64,000 bases of DNA from Candidatus Iainarchaeum sp. (GCA_026397015.1 JAPLVR010000005.1:57231-121230); one strand, 5' to 3'. Shown: positions 29,257 to 40,183, numbered from the stretch's first letter. The notes: generated by a model from the letters alone, not told the origin. Numbers and translations: made by a program.

Positions 29257-30159
29257 CTATTCGGTCTGCAGGAGTTCCAACGCGGTGTGTGCCGCTATCG
29301 CCCCTTCTCCGACAGCTGTGCTGATTTGGTTCAGCGGCTTTTCAATGCAATCGCCGGCCGCCAAAATTCCTTTTGTGCTTGTTTCCATTTTGTTGTTTAC
29401 AATTATCTGCCCCTCGGCGCTTTTTTTCACATCAACGAATCCAGTGTTCGGTTCTTCACCCGCATAAATGAACGCCCCGTTTGCAGAAATCACTTTTTCT
29501 TCTTCATCAGGCAGTTTCAGGATAATTTTTTCCAAAAATTTTCCGCCTTTGAATTCCTTTACATTGGCGCCGAAAATGGTTTCTATTTTTTTCGCTTCAA
29601 CAAATTCCCTTGCGGGCTTGTCTCCCTTAAGTTCATTTGATGTGCAAATAATCGTTACTTTTTTTGCAATTTTTTCCATGTAAAGCGCTTCATTGAGCGC
29701 CATATTGTCGCAGCCGATTATCGCGACTTCCTTTCCAGCATAAACCGGCCCGTCGCAGGTTGCACAGTAATGCACTCCCTTGTTCGTGAATTTTTTTTCT
29801 CCGGGCACATTCAGCCATTTGCTTTTCGAGCCCACAGCAACAATTACGACTCCGGCACGCACATTTTCTTTTTGTGTCAAAATTTCTTTCTCTTTTCCAA
29901 AGTCATTAATTTTTAGCACGATTTCCTGCATTATTTCGGCTCCGGCTTTTCTTGCCTGTTCCTTGAGCCTTTCCATTAGGTCTGCTCCGCTAATTTCTGA
30001 AAAACCCGGGTAGTTTCTTACCTTTCCTGCCAAATTTGCTTTTCCGCCGACTATTCCTCTTTCAATCACAAGTGTTTTTAGTCCGTAATTCGCGCAGTAA
30101 AGCGCTGCGCTCAAACCCGCCGGTCCGGACCCTATTATTGCCACATCAACTTGTTTCAT
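29257..30159 (-). CDS. trxB: Thioredoxin reductase
   Basis: GSGPAG, YCATCDG, AAGD. Confidence 0.92.
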   Translation of the reverse strand: MKQVDVAIIGSGPAGLSAALYCANYGLKTLVIERGIVGGKANLAGKVRNYPGFSEISGADLMERLKEQARKAGAEIMQEIVLKINDFGKEKEILTQKENVRAGVVIVAVGSKSKWLNVPGEKKFTNKGVHYCATCDGPVYAGKEVAIIGCDNMALNEALYMEKIAKKVTIICTSNELKGDKPAREFVEAKKIETIFGANVKEFKGGKFLEKIILKLPDEEEKVISANGAFIYAGEEPNTGFVDVKKSAEGQIIVNNKMETSTKGILAAGDCIEKPLNQISTAVGEGAIAAHTALELLQTE

Positions 30160-30184
30160 AAGGGAGGTTGGGTGGAAAGTGCTT

Positions 30185-30760
30185 TTATTTCTTGCCTCTT
30201 GCGAACCAGCCAATTGTCAACCCGAAAATAAGTGTTACCGCCACTATTTCCGCAAGCAGCGAAGGATCAATAGTTTTTTCGGGCGGCAAAATGTTTGGGC
30301 ATTCCGGAAGGGCGTTTGTGCTAAGCATTTTTTCTTCAACGGCTGTGGGAAGGGCTGCGCCGGTCAAGTCTTTGTTCGCGCTCAAAACATTTCCGCCCTG
30401 CGTTTCGAGTGTTGTTTGCGACTGCAGCAAAATGAAAAGAAATGCCGAAAATGCCAATGCGCCGATGCAGAGCATCACCAAAATTTTCGCCTCTTCAAAC
30501 TGCTGCGGCGCAATTATTTGTTGCCCCTTTTTTGTAAGAGAATAATATTTCCATTTTCTTCCTTCGTCTGTTAAATCAATCAGCCCCGCATTTCTAAGGA
30601 TGTCGCAGTGTTCCTTTACTGTTGAGGCTCCGAGAGAGAGTTGGCGGCTCAACTCGCTGAGCGTTTTTCTCCTTTCGCGCAAAGTTTTCATGATGCTTAC
30701 CCTGCTCCCGGCGGCAAGCGCCTTGAAACTGATTCCATCGAGAACTATTTTTTGGTCCAT
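30185..30760 (-). CDS. ArsR-like winged-helix regulator with two C-terminal TM helices
   Basis: FKALA..SR..I, TLSELS, ST..EH..L...GLI, KWKYYSLT.KG followed by hydrophobic helices. Confidence 0.8.
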   Translation of the reverse strand: MDQKIVLDGISFKALAAGSRVSIMKTLRERRKTLSELSRQLSLGASTVKEHCDILRNAGLIDLTDEGRKWKYYSLTKKGQQIIAPQQFEEAKILVMLCIGALAFSAFLFILLQSQTTLETQGGNVLSANKDLTGAALPTAVEEKMLSTNALPECPNILPPEKTIDPSLLAEIVAVTLIFGLTIGWFARGKK

Positions 30761-30833
30761 CTCAATCCGGTCCTTTATTGCAGAAACATTCTGTCTTTTT
30801 GTGTTTTTAAGGGTTTTGATTTTGTTCGGTTTT

Positions 30834-31826
30834 TTAAGCGGTTTCCGGCTTTTTTCCGGGATAAATTAAAGTTATGAGCGCGTAGTAAATCCCCGCGAGG
30901 TTTCCCGTAACAAGCCCGGAAACAAAAAGCACGAAAAGGAAAGCGACTATGGGATAAATTATCCACGCATAAGGCGCAATTTTTTTCAGCGGCAGTGCGT
31001 TTTCAATCGCACTCGCCATGTCCCCGCTGCCGGCATTTTTTGCGAGTTCGTTTTGCATCGCAGTCGTCAAAGTAGCCCTGTATTCATCGGAATTTATTTG
31101 TTCATTTATTGCATCCGCCATTGCAACGTAAGCAATCGTGTCCGCGTCTGTTTTTTCTCGTAGAACGTTAAATTGTTGTGTGCTTCCAAGTTGATTGAGA
31201 AGCGCTTTTTGTGTTTGTATTGTCGCATCGATTTGCGCGTTCATTATTTGCTCTTTCAAATTTCCCTGGTCGCCGACAGTTGCATTGATTAAATCGGAAG
31301 TGAAATTCGCTTCATACTCCTTGCTGTTTGCGGAATTTATTACTATTAAATAAATGAAGAAGCCTATTGCGGCAAACAGCGCGATTTTTCCCGCGGCTTC
31401 GCTTCCTGCCCTGAAACTCACAAATACCTTCAATTCCTTTTCCCTTGCTTCAAGAAGTTTTATTCCGATTGGGATTCCTATGCATATGAAAAGCGCCGGC
31501 ACCAAAAAATCCGTTAACTTGAAAATTATTGCCCCGATTGCGGCGCCGGCAATGAAGCCCGTTTCCGCAAATATTGTTGCATAAAAAAATGAGTTGTTTT
31601 TGCCGAAAAATTTTTTCGCAATCATGAGAATTATTGCAATAGACAGTGCGCTTATCAGGAGGAATATTCCAAAGTTCGCGCTGAATGTCAGCTGGGTCAG
31701 CGGAATGACGTTGAGCGTGTTAAAATTGCTTATTTTTATTCCTGTTAGGGAAAAAGTGAAAGCGGAAACAATCAGCGTTATCGCCAGAACCGCCGACAGG
31801 ATAGCGCCCTCAATTTTTTGTTCCAT
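30834..31826 (-). CDS. Polytopic membrane protein
   Basis: About six TMs and a helical loop. Confidence 0.65.
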   Translation of the reverse strand: MEQKIEGAILSAVLAITLIVSAFTFSLTGIKISNFNTLNVIPLTQLTFSANFGIFLLISALSIAIILMIAKKFFGKNNSFFYATIFAETGFIAGAAIGAIIFKLTDFLVPALFICIGIPIGIKLLEAREKELKVFVSFRAGSEAAGKIALFAAIGFFIYLIVINSANSKEYEANFTSDLINATVGDQGNLKEQIMNAQIDATIQTQKALLNQLGSTQQFNVLREKTDADTIAYVAMADAINEQINSDEYRATLTTAMQNELAKNAGSGDMASAIENALPLKKIAPYAWIIYPIVAFLFVLFVSGLVTGNLAGIYYALITLIYPGKKPETA

Positions 31827-31926
31827 GCAAAGAATATTGCTTACCTCTATTTAAGGTTTTTTCTTGCAGGTTTCTCCTTGGCAAAGAACGCTTAAAAATT
31901 CTTTGCCCCAGAAATTCTTGTTGTTT

Positions 31927-34638
31927 ATGGCTGCGAAAAAATCTTCAAAACGAACTGGCTCCGCGAAGGAAAAAAAGGAAAACGCGGGTAAAGCGCCGGT
32001 CGCGGAAAAAAAATTTGATTTTGCATCGGTTGAAAAAAAATGGCAGTCGGAATGGGAAAAAGCCGGCGTTTTTAAAACCGAAGAAAATTCGAAGAAGCCG
32101 AAAATCTACGTTCTTGAAATGTTTCCGTATCCTTCCGGTTCCGGTCTTCACATGGGGCATACACTGAATTACACAATAGGAGATGTTTTTGCGCGCTTCA
32201 AGCGCATGAACGGTTTCAACGTTTTGTACCCGATGGGTTATGACGCCTTCGGCCTTCCGGCGGAGAACGCGGCGATTAAAGCAGGAGTTCATCCAAAAAA
32301 ATATACTGAAGAGTCGATACAAACTTTCATGAAACAGCAAAAGGGATTGGGCCTAAGCTATGATTGGAGCAAGCTGCTCGCGACCTGCAATCCTGATTAT
32401 TATAAGTGGAACCAGTATTTTTTCCTCAAATTTTTTGAGAAAGGCCTCGCTTACAGAAAAAAGGCGGCTGTTAATTGGTGTCCAGATTGCGAAACAGTTT
32501 TAGCCAATGAGCAGGTTCATTCAGGAAAATGTTGGCGTCATGAAGAAACAGATGTTGAGATAAGGCACCTCGAACAGTGGTTTCTAAAAACGACATCTTA
32601 CTCGGACGAATTGCTTGAATGCATTCCTAAACTTCAGTGGCCCGCGCGCATAAAATCTATACAGGAGAACTGGATTGGAAAAAGTTTTGGGACTGAAATT
32701 TTGTTCGAGATAAATGGAAAAAAGTGGCCGATTTTTACAACGCGCCCGGACACAATCTTCGGCGTCACTTTTATGGTTGTTTCTGCGCAACACCCGCGCT
32801 TGAATGGACTTGTTACTGCGGCACAGAAAAGAGAAGTCGATGATTTTTTGAGGAAAATAAAATCCACAAGCGAAAAAGACACTACTGAATTGGAAAAAGA
32901 AGGCGCATTCACCGGCAGCTATGCGACAAATCCTCTTACAAATGAGAATGTTCCGATTTACGCCGGCAACTTTGTTGTCGCGGATTACGGCAGCGGGATG
33001 GTGATGGCCGTTCCCGCCCACGACCAGCGCGACTTCGAGTTCGCAAAGAAGTATAATATTCCAGTTAAGGTTGTGATTCAGCCGAAGGGAAAAAATATTT
33101 CTGCGGAATTAATAGGGGAAGCTTTTGTTGATGAAGGCGTTTTGGTTAATTCCACAAAGTTTTCCGGCTTGGAGAGCAAAAAATCAATTGAAGAAATCAC
33201 CGAACATTTGGAAAAAATCGGTTTGGGAAAGAAAACAGTAAATTACAAGTTCCGTGACTGGCTCATTTCGAGGCAGCGCTACTGGGGTACGCCAATTCCA
33301 GTTGTGTATTGTGAAAAGTGCGGGATTGTTCCAGTTCCAGAAAAGGATTTGCCCGTTTTGTTGCCTGAAAAAGTTGAATTCGGAAAGGGAAATCCTCTTC
33401 TTTCGAATAAAGAATTTGTAAATGTTAAGTGCCCGAAGTGCGGCGGCACGTCGAGAAGGGAAACCGACACGATGGACACTTTCTTTGACAGCAGCTGGTA
33501 CTTTTTGCGCTACTGCGACAACAAAAACTCAAAGGTACCTTTCGATAAGAAGAAGATTGAATATTGGATGCCTGTCGACCAGTACATCGGCGGTGCAGAG
33601 CACGCGTGCATGCACCTAATTTATGCCCGTTTTTTTACAAAGGCTCTTCGCGACTTAGGGTTTGTTTCTTTTGACGAGCCTTTTACAAAACTTTTCAATC
33701 AGGGAATGCTTCACGGTTCCGACGGGCACGTGATGTCGAAGTCGCGGGGCAATATCGTTCTCCCGGAAGAAGTAAGCAAAAAATACGGGATTGATACCGC
33801 AAGGCTGTTTTTGCTTTCTCAGGCCGCCCCAGACAAGGATATGGGGTGGAAGGAGGAAGGAATTGAAGGAAGCCTGCGCGCAGTTATGAAAATAGTTTCT
33901 TATTTTGAAAATCCGCGCCCCGGCAAATCCAGCAGGAAAATTGAAAGCAAGATTCACAGGGCAATACGCAACATTACTTCAGATATAGAAAATTTCCGCT
34001 ACAATTTTGCGATAATAAACCTGAGAAAATTGTTTGATGCTATCGAGGGCGAGGAAAAAGTTTCAAAGGAGCATCTCGAAATTTTCTTGAAGCTGTTGCA
34101 TCCGATATGCCCGCACATTACCGAAGAATTGTGGCGCGCAATCGGAAATAAGGCTCTTGTTGCGTCTGAAAAATGGCCTGAGTGTGATGCAAAGCTGATT
34201 GATGAAAATTTGGAAAGGATTGAAGCTGCTGTTAGTTCGCTTCGCCTCGATATTTTGCGCATCAAAGAACTGGCGAAGCTTGAAAAGGTTTCGAAGGTGA
34301 GAATTTTCGTGGCGCAGGAGTGGAAGTGGAAAGCGCTAAAAATAATTGTTTCTGTATGCGATGGCAGACCCGATTTCGGCGCGGCAATGAAAGCTCTTAT
34401 GGCGGACCCTGAAATAAAACAACATTCCTCCGAAATCCAGCCCTTCATTAAGGGCGCGCTTTCGAGATTGGGCGAGCTTTCAATGCTTGAAAAGTTCGAC
34501 GAGGTTTCGGTTTTGAAGGAAGCGGCGCCTGTGCTAGAAAAAGAATTTGGAAAAATCGAAATAATGAAGTCCGAGGAATCGGCAGAACCAAAGGCAAGGA
34601 ACGCTTTTCCGGGAAAGCCGGCGCTGATTATCGAATAA
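31927..34638 (+). CDS. leuS: Leucyl-tRNA synthetase (bacterial-type core)
   Basis: MFPYPSG..LHMGH, DAFGLPAENAA, SRQRYWG, GG.EHA..HL.YARF, MSKS. Confidence 0.96.
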   Translation: MAAKKSSKRTGSAKEKKENAGKAPVAEKKFDFASVEKKWQSEWEKAGVFKTEENSKKPKIYVLEMFPYPSGSGLHMGHTLNYTIGDVFARFKRMNGFNVLYPMGYDAFGLPAENAAIKAGVHPKKYTEESIQTFMKQQKGLGLSYDWSKLLATCNPDYYKWNQYFFLKFFEKGLAYRKKAAVNWCPDCETVLANEQVHSGKCWRHEETDVEIRHLEQWFLKTTSYSDELLECIPKLQWPARIKSIQENWIGKSFGTEILFEINGKKWPIFTTRPDTIFGVTFMVVSAQHPRLNGLVTAAQKREVDDFLRKIKSTSEKDTTELEKEGAFTGSYATNPLTNENVPIYAGNFVVADYGSGMVMAVPAHDQRDFEFAKKYNIPVKVVIQPKGKNISAELIGEAFVDEGVLVNSTKFSGLESKKSIEEITEHLEKIGLGKKTVNYKFRDWLISRQRYWGTPIPVVYCEKCGIVPVPEKDLPVLLPEKVEFGKGNPLLSNKEFVNVKCPKCGGTSRRETDTMDTFFDSSWYFLRYCDNKNSKVPFDKKKIEYWMPVDQYIGGAEHACMHLIYARFFTKALRDLGFVSFDEPFTKLFNQGMLHGSDGHVMSKSRGNIVLPEEVSKKYGIDTARLFLLSQAAPDKDMGWKEEGIEGSLRAVMKIVSYFENPRPGKSSRKIESKIHRAIRNITSDIENFRYNFAIINLRKLFDAIEGEEKVSKEHLEIFLKLLHPICPHITEELWRAIGNKALVASEKWPECDAKLIDENLERIEAAVSSLRLDILRIKELAKLEKVSKVRIFVAQEWKWKALKIIVSVCDGRPDFGAAMKALMADPEIKQHSSEIQPFIKGALSRLGELSMLEKFDEVSVLKEAAPVLEKEFGKIEIMKSEESAEPKARNAFPGKPALIIE

Positions 34639-34695
34639 ATTATTAAGGTGGTTTGCTTTTAATGGATTATTTTGTGGATAATAAAAGTGGTTGCA

Positions 34696-35205
34696 ATGGC
34701 TGATGAGGGCGATGTTGAGGAAGTTTTGCTTCCGAGGATTGAGCGCGAAAAAATTTTGGAGGCGGCGCTTTTCATGTCTCCGAAGCCCATCTCCCTGGAA
34801 GAGCTGAATAAAATAGCTGAAGTGAATTCGCGGCTTGAAACCAAAGCCATGCTCGATGAACTGATTCACTTTTACTCCACCAGGAAAACCGCGCTTGAAA
34901 TTGTGGAGCTTCCGATAGGATACCAGATGCGCGTGAAGCCAAATTATGAATCAAAAGTACAGCATTTGGCACAGGATTCAATGTTCCATAAGGGAATAAT
35001 GAAGACGCTCGGGCTTATTGCATACAAACAGCCGATTACGCAGGCGACCGTCATAAAGTATAGGAACAACAAGGCTTACGATCACCTGAAGGCGCTTGTT
35101 GAAAACGGTTTTGTAAAGAAAGAGCCGCAGGGGCGCACCTTCATCCTGACAACGACTACAAAATTCATTGAATATTTTGGAAAAGATTTTAGCGGAAAGA
35201 ATTAG
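34696..35205 (+). CDS. scpB: Segregation/condensation protein B
   Basis: LEAALF, TL..IAYKQPIT, TT.KF.EYFG. Confidence 0.92.
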   Translation: MADEGDVEEVLLPRIEREKILEAALFMSPKPISLEELNKIAEVNSRLETKAMLDELIHFYSTRKTALEIVELPIGYQMRVKPNYESKVQHLAQDSMFHKGIMKTLGLIAYKQPITQATVIKYRNNKAYDHLKALVENGFVKKEPQGRTFILTTTTKFIEYFGKDFSGKN

Positions 35206-35231
35206 GGTTTGATTTTTAAAGAATTATTTTT

Positions 35232-35882
35232 TTAAAACAGTTTTTTTTGGTGCGCCTTTTTCAGCGCGGCTTCGCAGTTTTTCCAGAAAATTCTTGAGAA
35301 CGGCGGAAGCTTTTTGTGCTTCTCGACGTATTCATTCAAATATTTCTGGGTTTTCGGGTCCGCAGGATATCCCGAGCCGATGTCCCCGAATTTTTTTGAG
35401 AGTTTTTCAATTTCATTGTCGCGCTTAACTTTCGCTAAGATGCTTGCCGCCCCGACAACGACATATTTCGAATCCGCCTTGTTTTCCGCGGTTATTTTTA
35501 TTTTTTTGCCGGTGTATCTTCTTATGCGCGCCTCAAAACTTCCTTCGACCGTATCGGGGCTGTCAATGAAAATAATTTCCGGTTTGTGTTTCAGGGAATT
35601 AATCATTTTTCCGATTTGCATCGCTTCGATTTCATTTAACGAATAGCGCACCATCAAATCGTTTATTTCAATCGGCTTCAGCACAATTGTTTTGTGTTCG
35701 GCGGATTTTTTTTTCACAATCTTTTCCAGTTTTTTCCTTTTGTTGGGAAGCAGCTCTTTTGAGTCCCTCACCCCCTCCTCTCGCAACTCCTCCTCCGCCC
35801 CCTTTTCCATTACCACGATGCTCAGCGTCATCGGGCCGAAGCACGGCCCCCTTCCCGCCTCATCCACTCCTGCTATTAACAT
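35232..35882 (-). CDS. rnhB: Ribonuclease HII
   Basis: GVDEAGRGP, DSK, KAD, AASILAKV.RD, GSGYP.DP. Confidence 0.96.
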   Translation of the reverse strand: MLIAGVDEAGRGPCFGPMTLSIVVMEKGAEEELREEGVRDSKELLPNKRKKLEKIVKKKSAEHKTIVLKPIEINDLMVRYSLNEIEAMQIGKMINSLKHKPEIIFIDSPDTVEGSFEARIRRYTGKKIKITAENKADSKYVVVGAASILAKVKRDNEIEKLSKKFGDIGSGYPADPKTQKYLNEYVEKHKKLPPFSRIFWKNCEAALKKAHQKKLF

Positions 35883-35982
35883 TCAACCACTTTTTGCACG
35901 GCTTAAAGTAAGTGATGCGGTTGTTAATAAAAAAGAAGTCGTTGATAAAAAGAAATGTTAAATAAGCAGAGTGATTTTCTGT

Positions 35983-36282
35983 TTATTCGATTCTTCCGAG
36001 CGTGTCTTTCAGCTTCGCAACTTCCCTGTCGCAGCCGTTGCATGCGTCGATTGCGTCGAGGCAAGCACCCCTGTTTATTTTGTTTCTTTCTATTGCCGCT
36101 GAAGAGCCGTTTTTAGTTCTCAATTCGTGGAACTCTGCCTTGTAGTAATCGTAAGCCCTTTTTGTTGCATCCAAAGCGTTGCCCCTTTCTCTGTCGCTGG
36201 CCTTAAAGCCCTTGTACAGATTGCACAACCCGCAGTTTTTTCTCGCGATGACCAAAAGGTCTGTTATGTTCTGGGCTCTCAT
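35983..36282 (-). CDS. Hypothetical protein with two CxxC pairs
   Basis: CGLC and CNGC. Confidence 0.6.
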   Translation of the reverse strand: MRAQNITDLLVIARKNCGLCNLYKGFKASDRERGNALDATKRAYDYYKAEFHELRTKNGSSAAIERNKINRGACLDAIDACNGCDREVAKLKDTLGRIE

Positions 36283-36439
36283 AATAACTCTAGATTATGA
36301 TAAAGTAATATAAATCCTGCAGATGAGGCGAAATCTGCTGAATAAAGTCGGTTGGTGTGGCTGGTTGTTTTGGTCAAAATTTTTTTTAGGGGCGTTCGAA
36401 AACCAAATGGTTAAAAATTATGCCGTAGGCTTTGATGTT

Positions 36440-36820
36440 ATGGCTGAACCGGATTTTTCAAAACTTGGGGGCTTGGTGCCTGTTGTGGTCCAGGATTACA
36501 AAACCAAGGAAGTTTTGATGGTCGCTTTTATGAATCAGGGGGCTTGGCAAAAAACTCTTGAAACGGGAAAAGCACATTTCTTCAGCAGGTCAAGGAACAA
36601 GCTCTGGCTTAAGGGGGAAACTTCTGGGAATTTTCAGATAGTTAAGGAAATCCTGGTTGATTGCGATTTGGACACCGTTTTGCTTAAGGTGGAGCAGTTC
36701 GGCGGCGCAGCTTGTCACACCGGATACAACAGTTGTTTTTACCAGAAATTAGCCGGCAAAGAATTTGAGATTATTAAGAAGAAAAGGGTTTTTGACCCGA
36801 AAAAAGTTTATGGTGGTTGA
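36440..36820 (+). CDS. hisI: Phosphoribosyl-AMP cyclohydrolase
   Basis: SRSR..LW.KGETSG, DCD.D, ACHTG..SCF. Confidence 0.95.
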   Translation: MAEPDFSKLGGLVPVVVQDYKTKEVLMVAFMNQGAWQKTLETGKAHFFSRSRNKLWLKGETSGNFQIVKEILVDCDLDTVLLKVEQFGGAACHTGYNSCFYQKLAGKEFEIIKKKRVFDPKKVYGG

Positions 36821-36821
36821 A

Positions 36822-37697
36822 ATGGCGGGAAAATTAAAGTTGGGAATACCTGCCGGGAGCCTGCAGGAAGCCACGATTCAGCTTTTCAAGAAAGCGGGCT
36901 TCAATATTGCCGTCAAGGAGCGTTCATATTATCCGAGCATTAATGACGATGAAATTGAATGTATTTTAATCAGGGCGCAGGAAATACCGCGCTATGTTGA
37001 AGAGGGTGTTCTGGATTTGGGTTTGAGCGGGAAAGATTGGATAACCGAAAACAATTCCGATGTGGTAGAAGTCGCAGAATTAAAATATTCTAAAATAAGC
37101 AAGGGCCCGGTAAGGTTTGTTATCGCCGTTCCCGAAAATTCAAGCATCAGGTCTGTGAAAGACCTTGAGGGGAAAAGAATTGCAACCGAGCTTGTCAATG
37201 TTACAAAAAATTATCTGAAGAAAAATAAGGTGAATGCGGAGGTGGAGTTTTCGTGGGGCGCCACCGAGGTGAAGCCGCCGAGACTTGTAGACGCGATTGC
37301 CGAATTGACCGAAACTGGGAGTTCGCTTAGGGCGAACAACCTTAGGATAGTGGAAACGATTATGGAATCAACTACAAGGCTCATAGCAAACAAAGAGAGC
37401 TATAAAGAGAAATGGAAAAAGGAAAAAATAGAAGATATCAGGTTGTTGCTGCAGGGCGCGCTTGATGCCGATGAAAAAGTCGGGCTAAAAATGAATGTAA
37501 AAGAAAGCGATTTGGATAAAATAGTCGGCTTGTTGGATGGCATGAAGAGCCCAACTGTTTCTCACTTACGCCTAAAGGGTTGGCTCTCGATTGAAGTAAT
37601 AATGTCCGAGAAAAGCGTAAGGGAGCTGATACCAAAATTGAAAAAGATGGGCGCGCAGGACATAATCGAGTATCCGCTGAACAAAGTAATCCATTAA
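36822..37697 (+). CDS. hisG: ATP phosphoribosyltransferase (long form)
   Basis: [26 protein letters not shown]-terminal SPTVS regulatory domain. Confidence 0.95.
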   Translation: MAGKLKLGIPAGSLQEATIQLFKKAGFNIAVKERSYYPSINDDEIECILIRAQEIPRYVEEGVLDLGLSGKDWITENNSDVVEVAELKYSKISKGPVRFVIAVPENSSIRSVKDLEGKRIATELVNVTKNYLKKNKVNAEVEFSWGATEVKPPRLVDAIAELTETGSSLRANNLRIVETIMESTTRLIANKESYKEKWKKEKIEDIRLLLQGALDADEKVGLKMNVKESDLDKIVGLLDGMKSPTVSHLRLKGWLSIEVIMSEKSVRELIPKLKKMGAQDIIEYPLNKVIH

Positions 37698-37738
37698 AAT
37701 GCGGTTCTGGCGCAGTAAAAAAAAGAAGGTTGCCGCCT

Positions 37739-38656
37739 TTACGCGGCAACATCTATGTTTAATCTTTTCTTCAGTTCCCTGTACCTATTTCTGATTGTTA
37801 CTTCAGTAACACCCGCGACATTCGCGACTTCCTTTTGCGTTCTCCTTTCTCCCTTCAAGAGTCCGGCGATGTAAACCGCTGCTGCCGCAACTCCTGTCGG
37901 GCCCCTTCCAGAAATTAGTCCTTTCTTTATCGCTTCTTCCAAAATTTTTCTTCCCTCTTCCTGCACTTCTCCGCTCAGGTTTAACTCAGAAGCAAATCTT
38001 GGAATGTAGTGAATAGGGTTTGTCAGTGGAACGCCCAAATTCAGTTCGCGTACAAGAAATCTGTATGTTCTTCCGATTTCTTTTTTTGTGAGTCCGCTTG
38101 CTTCTGCCATTTCGTTAAGCGTTCTTGGAACATGGTATGTTCTGCACACTGTGTACAGCACCGCTGCCACAACCGCCTCAATCAGTCTTCCCCTAATGAG
38201 CCCCTTTTTTACGGTTTTTCTGTAAAGCAAGGCAGCAGCCTCAACCAGTGTTTCGGGTATGTTCAAATATGAAGCAACCCTTCTCATTTCTGTAAGAGCG
38301 ATTGAGAGGTTTCTCTGCATTGAGGATGAAATGCTTGCCCTCTTGTGCCACTTAATTAATCTGTACATTTGCGCCCTGCTTTTGCTCGAAAGTTTATTTC
38401 CCCTTAAATCTGTTCCGCGCCTGTCAATCATCGTTACAAGCCCTTTGTTTAATTTTACATATTTCATCGGGCTTCCAGTGCGCGCGCTCTTTTCCGTACT
38501 ATCACCATCAAAGCTTCTCCACTCTTTTCCAGAATCAATCATTGCGTCTTCTGAAACTATGAGGCCGCATTGCATACAAACCGCTTCTCCCTTAGAAGAG
38601 TCCACCTTTATTTTTTTGCTTCCGCACTCTGGGCATTCAAGAACCAAATATACCAT
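37739..38656 (-). CDS. tfb: Transcription initiation factor IIB
   Basis: CPEC...C.QCG Zn ribbon, EWRSF, GR.P.G.AAA, VTEVTIRNRY. Confidence 0.97.
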   Translation of the reverse strand: MVYLVLECPECGSKKIKVDSSKGEAVCMQCGLIVSEDAMIDSGKEWRSFDGDSTEKSARTGSPMKYVKLNKGLVTMIDRRGTDLRGNKLSSKSRAQMYRLIKWHKRASISSSMQRNLSIALTEMRRVASYLNIPETLVEAAALLYRKTVKKGLIRGRLIEAVVAAVLYTVCRTYHVPRTLNEMAEASGLTKKEIGRTYRFLVRELNLGVPLTNPIHYIPRFASELNLSGEVQEEGRKILEEAIKKGLISGRGPTGVAAAAVYIAGLLKGERRTQKEVANVAGVTEVTIRNRYRELKKRLNIDVAA

Positions 38657-38879
38657 CCTCCTACCTGCTCACCATCAAAGACTGACAAAAGTCACCAAAT
38701 AGCGCTTAATTATAAAAACCCCTAGCAAGAAAGTTTATAAATGTTTCCAAATCGGGCCTTTTTTCGTCTCTTTTTAACTTTTGGGAATTAATTTAAGCCC
38801 GCGTTACGGCTTCCTTGCCGCGTAAATTCCTAAAACTTTATTGAATCCTTTCTTTCTTGCAACCGCGATATTTCAAAAA

Positions 38880-39275
38880 TTATTCAAAAATAGCGTTAAC
38901 GACGCCGTCCTGTCCTGGTCTGCTCGTTACCTTCGCGAGCTTTTCTTCCGCGCCGACTTTTATTCTCAGCACCGCCCCCTTGGTAATGATATTGGTTCTT
39001 GCAAACAGCCTGTTTGCATCGTTAGTTTTAACATTAATCACTTCATATTTTTTTGTCTTGTCCGTTTTTTTATCCAAAACGTTCACATACTTTACTGAAG
39101 TAACTCTGACCTTGCTCGTGTTTCCGATTCCTTTTTTCGTTTCCCTCTCCTCTTTTCCGCATTTTGTGAGCGCCGCTTCTCCGCCTTTCCAAACTTCCTT
39201 CTTGGTGCACCTTCGCCTTGTAGTCCTCATGCCGCCCGAAGAAAGCCTCTTTGATTTTCCGTGCCACTCAACCAT
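38880..39275 (-). CDS. rps8e: 30S ribosomal protein S8e
   Basis: S.R..SGG, R.NIITKGA, VTSRPGQDGVVNA. Confidence 0.95.
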   Translation of the reverse strand: MVEWHGKSKRLSSGGMRTTRRRCTKKEVWKGGEAALTKCGKEERETKKGIGNTSKVRVTSVKYVNVLDKKTDKTKKYEVINVKTNDANRLFARTNIITKGAVLRIKVGAEEKLAKVTSRPGQDGVVNAIFE

Positions 39276-39528
39276 TTACTTCACCTTTTAACCGTAGTAA
39301 TGCCCACCGGATTTAATACTCTTAATTGGGGCAGGTTTTTAAATGTTTATTTTAGAATGCCAAAACCGAGTCGCAAAAACAAAGGCTTTCGAATAAGCCC
39401 TCAAAAACACAGATTTCTGCACGAAAAATGCCAAAGCAATAACCTTATATTGGACCTGCAAGTAAAAATAATTAGCAAAGTGATTCTTTTTGAAGTGAAA
39501 TTTTTTCAAAAAACAGGATTTGATTGCG

Positions 39529-40149
39529 ATGAAAACACCGGCTTTTATTCAAAGAATTCGCGCCGCAAGACAAAGAAGGGCGACAGCAAAAAGCGAAGGC
39601 AGAACAGCGGTAAATCGCAGAGCTTCTGCAGTGCACCGCGCAAATCTCAAGGAAAAAGTGGCAGAGACTAAACTCGATGTTGCGCGTAGGGAAGAGCGCT
39701 CCGCAGAAAGACTGCGGGATCATACAAACGAAACAGACGATGGCTCCTGGGGCAACTTCTTTTTATGGCGTGATGACATGGTGAATTTGTACAACAAAAC
39801 TGAAGCGCGCAAAAAAGCAAAACAAAGGCTTAAGGGCAAGGAAGCGCAGGCAACCCGCGCCCGAGAAAAGCTTGCAGAAGCAGTTGAAAAAAGAAAGAAG
39901 CTTCCTGTTTGGATTAAGTCAAACGAATATATTAAAACAAAAGGATTTCCAGGCAACAGGGCGACAACTACCCGTGCGCTTTTGCGTTTGAAGCGCAGGC
40001 AAAAAAAACTGACTCCTGGAGAACGTGAAGTGCTACAGGAAATTGAGGACAATCATTGGCGGGCAAGAGGCCGCAAAAAAGGTGAGATCAGGATCAGGAG
40101 GATGAACATAATTGCCGACAAAGTGAATGTTTATAAAGAAAAAAAATAA
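39529..40149 (+). CDS. Very basic (R/K-rich) coiled-coil hypothetical protein
   Basis: Long ORF filling the intergenic gap; no recognisable motif. Confidence 0.6.
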   Translation: MKTPAFIQRIRAARQRRATAKSEGRTAVNRRASAVHRANLKEKVAETKLDVARREERSAERLRDHTNETDDGSWGNFFLWRDDMVNLYNKTEARKKAKQRLKGKEAQATRAREKLAEAVEKRKKLPVWIKSNEYIKTKGFPGNRATTTRALLRLKRRQKKLTPGEREVLQEIEDNHWRARGRKKGEIRIRRMNIIADKVNVYKEKK

Positions 40150-40183
40150 TTTTTTCACCCATAATTGCTCTTGAAACGGCAAA

